This document shows positions 60,111-64,000 of a DNA stretch of 64,000 nt, in pieces. Position numbers and translations under genes: made by a program. The notes under the pieces were generated by a model. The model had not been told where the DNA came from. It saw only the letters and a program-made list of their open reading frames with translations, and did not search any database. The stretch is taken from positions 1-64,000 of the forward strand of contig JACRCW010000169.1 of NCBI GenBank assembly GCA_016218805.1, read 5' to 3'. The stretch is from Deltaproteobacteria bacterium. Lineage in GTDB: Bacteria; Myxococcota; JACRCW01. Numbering within the stretch: the first letter of the stretch is position 1; each line of letters opens with the position of its first letter.

Positions 60111-60778
60111 TCACCGCGCCAGTTGTCCCGGGAAACCGCCATCCGGCGGCGCGGCTGCCCTCCGCCTGAGTTCCCCTTCAGCGTCGAGCCGCCGGGACTG
60201 CTCCTCGGCGTGCTGCCTCCGCTCCGCCTCACCTTGGTCAACACTCTTGCGAGCCACGGAACAAGCCACCGCCAGGACCAGCAGCGCCAATCCTACGAGC
60301 AGCCCGCCCCATCTGGCGCCGCCCCGACCCGTCCGCCCTTCGGCCCTTTCGACGACGTACGCTGCGACGACGGAAACCATGGACCCAGCGGACAACGCAG
60401 CCAGGATGAGGAACACCACTGGAACCACGCGGGGCGGCAGGGACTCGGGTCTCGCATCCGGGCCCCCCACCGCGCTGACGAGCGCCATAACGACGACATG
60501 AGAAACGCCGCGAAACCCGCGCACAGGTTGGCGACACCGCCGAGGACCCGCAGGACCACGAAGCTCGACGTCCAGGCCCAAACAACGAGCGCGCAGACGG
60601 CCGCTGGCAGCAACGGCCGTGCGAGCCCCGGGCTTCCGAGAATGGTCCCAAGCTCGCCCCAGCTTCTCCATACCTCGCGCGGGAGGAACGCTGCCGCCAT
60701 ACCGAATCCGACGAGGGGAAGCGCGCCCAGCGCTCTGAGCCAGGCGATTCCAGGCAAATGGGTCCTTTCGCTTGGCAC
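60111..60778 (-). pseudogene. Multi-TM membrane protein split by a 1-nt frameshift near 60497
   Basis: The hydrophobic N-half (frame of ORF 60293-60778) continues as VVVMALVSAV... in the frame of ORF 60111-60671. Confidence 0.55.
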
Positions 60779-61218
60779 GTGTGGATTCTGGAGGTCAGTT
60801 CCGCCCAGGGCAACACAGGTGGAGCACCCGCCGGCCCTCGCCGCGCCGCGTCAGGTCTAGCTATAACTAGCGGTTTCTTCCACGTGCAGGTCGTAGACCC
60901 GCATGCATCGACAAGTTGCCGCCCAGCGACGTCAGATCGCTTGGCGGCTGCACTTGACCAAAAACTTGGCGCGCCAATCAGGATTCCGGCCGTCCGGTTT
61001 TCGGCTTCAGGGAAAGGTCTGGAACCCTGCCTCAGGTCTGAAGCCGGCGCGGAGGACCCACCCTCCGTGCGCGGGTGGTGACGGGCGAACCGTTGACAGC
61101 ATGAGGCCTTGGCCCCTGCACTGTGGCCGCCAGGGTCGTCGGCGACGCCGAGGCGTTGACCGACCCTTGCGCCTGACCATACGGTTGGCACCCTTGAGCC
61201 GCCGCGAATGGGAGCGCC

Positions 61219-61974
61219 GTGTCTGAATCCGACATCAGCCCCAAGGACGCCAAGCTGCTCTGGGGGTTGGCCGCCGCCCGCTGCTCCAAGCCGGATTGCC
61301 GACGTCATCTCGTCGCCCATCCCACTGCTGGGGATCCCGCGAAGGTCCTTGGTGAAATGGCGCACATCGTTGCGGAGAAGCCTGGAGGCCCCCGGGGCGA
61401 TGCCACGTTTCCCGTGGACCAGAGGAATGCCTACGCAAACCTGATCCTCTTGTGCCCCACTCACCACACCGAGATCGATGGCCAGCCGCTCGCTTACCCC
61501 GTTGCTCTCCTCCACCAATGGAAAGCCGAGCACGAAAGATGGATCGCGCTTGAGCTGGATGCTCAGGTCCCGCGGGTGACTTTCAAGGAACTTGAAGCCA
61601 CTACCAGCGCGATTGCATCCAGTTCATCGCCGCCCACACAGCAACTTACGCTTACCCGGATACCGGAGAAGATGGCCCGCAACGGATTCACCCAGAAGGT
61701 GCGCGTCATGCTCAACCAGGCGCTTGCAGGGGCCGCAGAGGTCCATGCTTTCGTGCAGCACGCCGCCACCTACGACTCCGAATTCCCCGAACGGTTGCGG
61801 GACGGCTTCCTGCAGTCCTACCGGGCAGGCCAGAACGCAGGGCTGCTCGGAGACACGTTGTTTCTCCACCTTGTTGACTTTGCATGCCCGAAGTCTGTGG
61901 ACCTACTGGACCGAGCAGCCGCCCTCTCCGTCCTCGGGTACTTGTTCAGCGTGTGCGAGGTGTTTGAACCATGA
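61219..61974 (+). CDS. HNH endonuclease effector with ABC three-component C-terminal domain (LmuA-like)
   Basis: CSKPDC...EMAHI...GGPRG...NLILLCPTHHTEID; C-terminus GDTLF...YLFSVCEVFE. Confidence 0.85.
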   Translation: MSESDISPKDAKLLWGLAAARCSKPDCRRHLVAHPTAGDPAKVLGEMAHIVAEKPGGPRGDATFPVDQRNAYANLILLCPTHHTEIDGQPLAYPVALLHQWKAEHERWIALELDAQVPRVTFKELEATTSAIASSSSPPTQQLTLTRIPEKMARNGFTQKVRVMLNQALAGAAEVHAFVQHAATYDSEFPERLRDGFLQSYRAGQNAGLLGDTLFLHLVDFACPKSVDLLDRAAALSVLGYLFSVCEVFEP

Positions 61975-62198
61975 TCCTCCCCAGCAAGCACATTCCGTCT
62001 CGTTCGTCCTTGCTTGGCGTTGGAGGCATCCTGCTGTCGCGCGTCAACCGCCCCATTACGGCCACATCGCTGTGGGAGCAGGTGCGGGGATTGCCGGAGG
62101 TGGGAACCTACTACCGTTTTGTGCTTGCGCTTGATCTTCTCTTCCTCATCGGCGCGATTGACCTGAACGATGGTCTTCTCAAACGGACCGCCCCATGA
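61971..62198 (+). CDS. ABC three-component system middle component (LmuC-like)
   Basis: 75 aa, MILPSKHI..SLLGVG...FVLALDLLFLIG; ATGA overlaps on both sides. Confidence 0.8.
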   Translation: MILPSKHIPSRSSLLGVGGILLSRVNRPITATSLWEQVRGLPEVGTYYRFVLALDLLFLIGAIDLNDGLLKRTAP

Positions 62199-63940
62199 TC
62201 CTGCGCCGAGTGTTCGCGAACGTGGCATCGTTCCGCGCGGTCAGCCTCGAGCCGGGGTTCAACGTCGTGTTGGCAGACACCACCCGGAATTCATCCGAGA
62301 GGGACTCGCGCAACGGCCTTGGAAAGACCCTGCTTCTTGAGGTGGTCCATTTCTGCCTTGGGAGCAAGGCAGTCAAAGGTCAGGGGGTCTGCGTTCCCGC
62401 CCTTGAAGGTTGGGAGTTTTCGCTGGAGATGGAAGTGGCAGGCCGGAATTTGACGGTCACAAGGCGTACGAATGACCCACGATGGGTTCTCCTGGCCGGC
62501 GCCAACCTTTCCCTCCCAGTTCCCGTCGTGAACCACCCATCCCTCGCTCAGCCGGCCATGCCGGTTGACGATTGGAATCGCGCTTTGGGGGCAATGACAT
62601 TCGGGTTGCCCACCTCCGGACAAGACAAGTACGCACCCTCGTTCAGGTCCCTTTTCTCCTACTTCGCACGCAAGTCACGTGGTTCTGCACTTGACCCCTT
62701 CGCGCACTTCGAACGGCAACATGAGTGGGACAAGCAGGTGCACAACGCCTATTTGTTGGGCCTTCGCTGGGAAACAGCGTCAGAACTTCAGTTCATCAAG
62801 GACCGCAAGGCGGGGTTGAAGAGCTTCAAGAGCGCGATCAAGGCCGGGGTCGTGAAGGGCTACGCCGGCACCCTGGCCGACTTGGAGGCAAAGCGCGTGC
62901 GGCTGGAGGCAGACCTCGAACGACGAGTGGCCGATCTTGATGCCTTCCGCGTGCATGAGCAATTCCGAGAGATTGAGCAGGAGGCAGATCGTCTCACCCA
63001 ACAGATTCATTCCGTCTCGGATGACAACTTTGGCAAGCGCCGGTTGCTGACGACGTACAGGCGCAGCCTTGAGGAGGAGGCGCCACCTGGGCGGGCCGAT
63101 GTTGCTCGGCTCTATGCGGAGGCGGGGGTGGCACTTCCTGATGCCGCCAAACGCCGCCTGATGGATGTGGATGCGTTTCATGTGGCCGTGGTGAGCAATA
63201 GACGGTCTTTCCTCGACGCGGAGTGCCAACGCCTTGAGCGAGAGATCGCGGCGAATGATGCGCGCATTCATGATCTCAGCACAGCGCGCGCCACGCACAT
63301 GGAAATACTCAAGACGCACCGTGCTTTGGATGAGTACACTCGCCTCCAGAATGAGCTGGGTGTCCAGAGGATGGAACTCGCGAGCTTGCGCACCCTGGTG
63401 GAAAACATGCGCCAGCTTCGTGAGGGCGAGGGGGAGGTGCGACTTCAACAGGCGCAGACAGTCCAGGTTGGCCGTCGCGATTTTGACGAACGAGCATCGG
63501 TGCGCGATCAGGCAATTCGCCTGTTCAACGACAACAGCCAGTTCTTGTACGAGGCTCCTGGAAAACTTCTGGTCGATTTCGAGGAGAGAGGGTTCCGCTT
63601 TCGTGTGGAAATAGAACGGGCTGGTTCGGATGGCATTGAACAGATGAAGGTGTTCTGCTTCGACTTGATGCTTGCGCAACTATGGGCCACCCGTGACCCC
63701 TCGCCACGCTTTCTTTTCCACGACAGCCGATTGTTCGACGGTGTGGACGAGCGACAGCGTGCCCGGGCCCTGATTCTGGCGCAGCGTGAGTCGCACCAGC
63801 GAGGCTTCCAGTACATTGTGACATTGAACAGTGACGCGGTTCCAACGTCGCTACTCGGCAATTTCTCCCTTGACCAATATATGCGCCTCCGTCTCACGGA
63901 TAGCGACCCGGCTGGTTGCCTCCTCGGTATTCGGTTTTGA
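62195..63940 (+). CDS. SMC/Rad50-like ABC ATPase (DUF2326-type, LmuB-like)
   Basis: Walker A SRNGLGKT, central coiled coil, GSDG signature, FLFHDS..FDGVD Walker B/D-loop. Confidence 0.88.
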   Translation: MILRRVFANVASFRAVSLEPGFNVVLADTTRNSSERDSRNGLGKTLLLEVVHFCLGSKAVKGQGVCVPALEGWEFSLEMEVAGRNLTVTRRTNDPRWVLLAGANLSLPVPVVNHPSLAQPAMPVDDWNRALGAMTFGLPTSGQDKYAPSFRSLFSYFARKSRGSALDPFAHFERQHEWDKQVHNAYLLGLRWETASELQFIKDRKAGLKSFKSAIKAGVVKGYAGTLADLEAKRVRLEADLERRVADLDAFRVHEQFREIEQEADRLTQQIHSVSDDNFGKRRLLTTYRRSLEEEAPPGRADVARLYAEAGVALPDAAKRRLMDVDAFHVAVVSNRRSFLDAECQRLEREIAANDARIHDLSTARATHMEILKTHRALDEYTRLQNELGVQRMELASLRTLVENMRQLREGEGEVRLQQAQTVQVGRRDFDERASVRDQAIRLFNDNSQFLYEAPGKLLVDFEERGFRFRVEIERAGSDGIEQMKVFCFDLMLAQLWATRDPSPRFLFHDSRLFDGVDERQRARALILAQRESHQRGFQYIVTLNSDAVPTSLLGNFSLDQYMRLRLTDSDPAGCLLGIRF

Positions 63941-64000
63941 TGAATTCGCGGTGCCGTACGGACCGCCGGATTACGCGTCGGGAGCCTTCCTGAACACCGT

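Overview
High-GC (roughly 70% by eye) bacterial chromosome segment. The gene content (MglA-like GTPase, PilZ, DUF4388-type protein, ECF sigma/anti-sigma cluster, sigma54 activator) points to a Myxococcota-like organism; this is an inference. Core genes include mfd, speA, clpS-clpA, nth, purU, tadA, a UDP-glucuronate decarboxylase, an aldo/keto reductase and a PLP transsulfuration enzyme. Accessory parts: (i) the 3' end of an ISL3-type insertion sequence at 1-141, which truncates the second gene of a tandem pair of atypical ClpA/B-like ATPases; the intact member ends in a release-factor-like region lacking GGQ; (ii) an MNT-HEPN toxin-antitoxin pair; (iii) a compositionally foreign P-loop ATPase + NACHT pair at 42-46 kb; (iv) an HNH-effector ABC three-component (Lamassu-type) defence operon at 61-64 kb. 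The most unusual elements are a divergent pair of paralogous ~800-aa coiled-coil proteins, one carrying a degenerate Hsp70 ATPase head in place of a substrate-binding domain, the Clp/release-factor-like fusion, and a bacterial protein resembling fungal heme-thiolate peroxygenases. I saw no rRNA, tRNA or CRISPR array. All family calls come from motif recognition by eye; no database searches were run.
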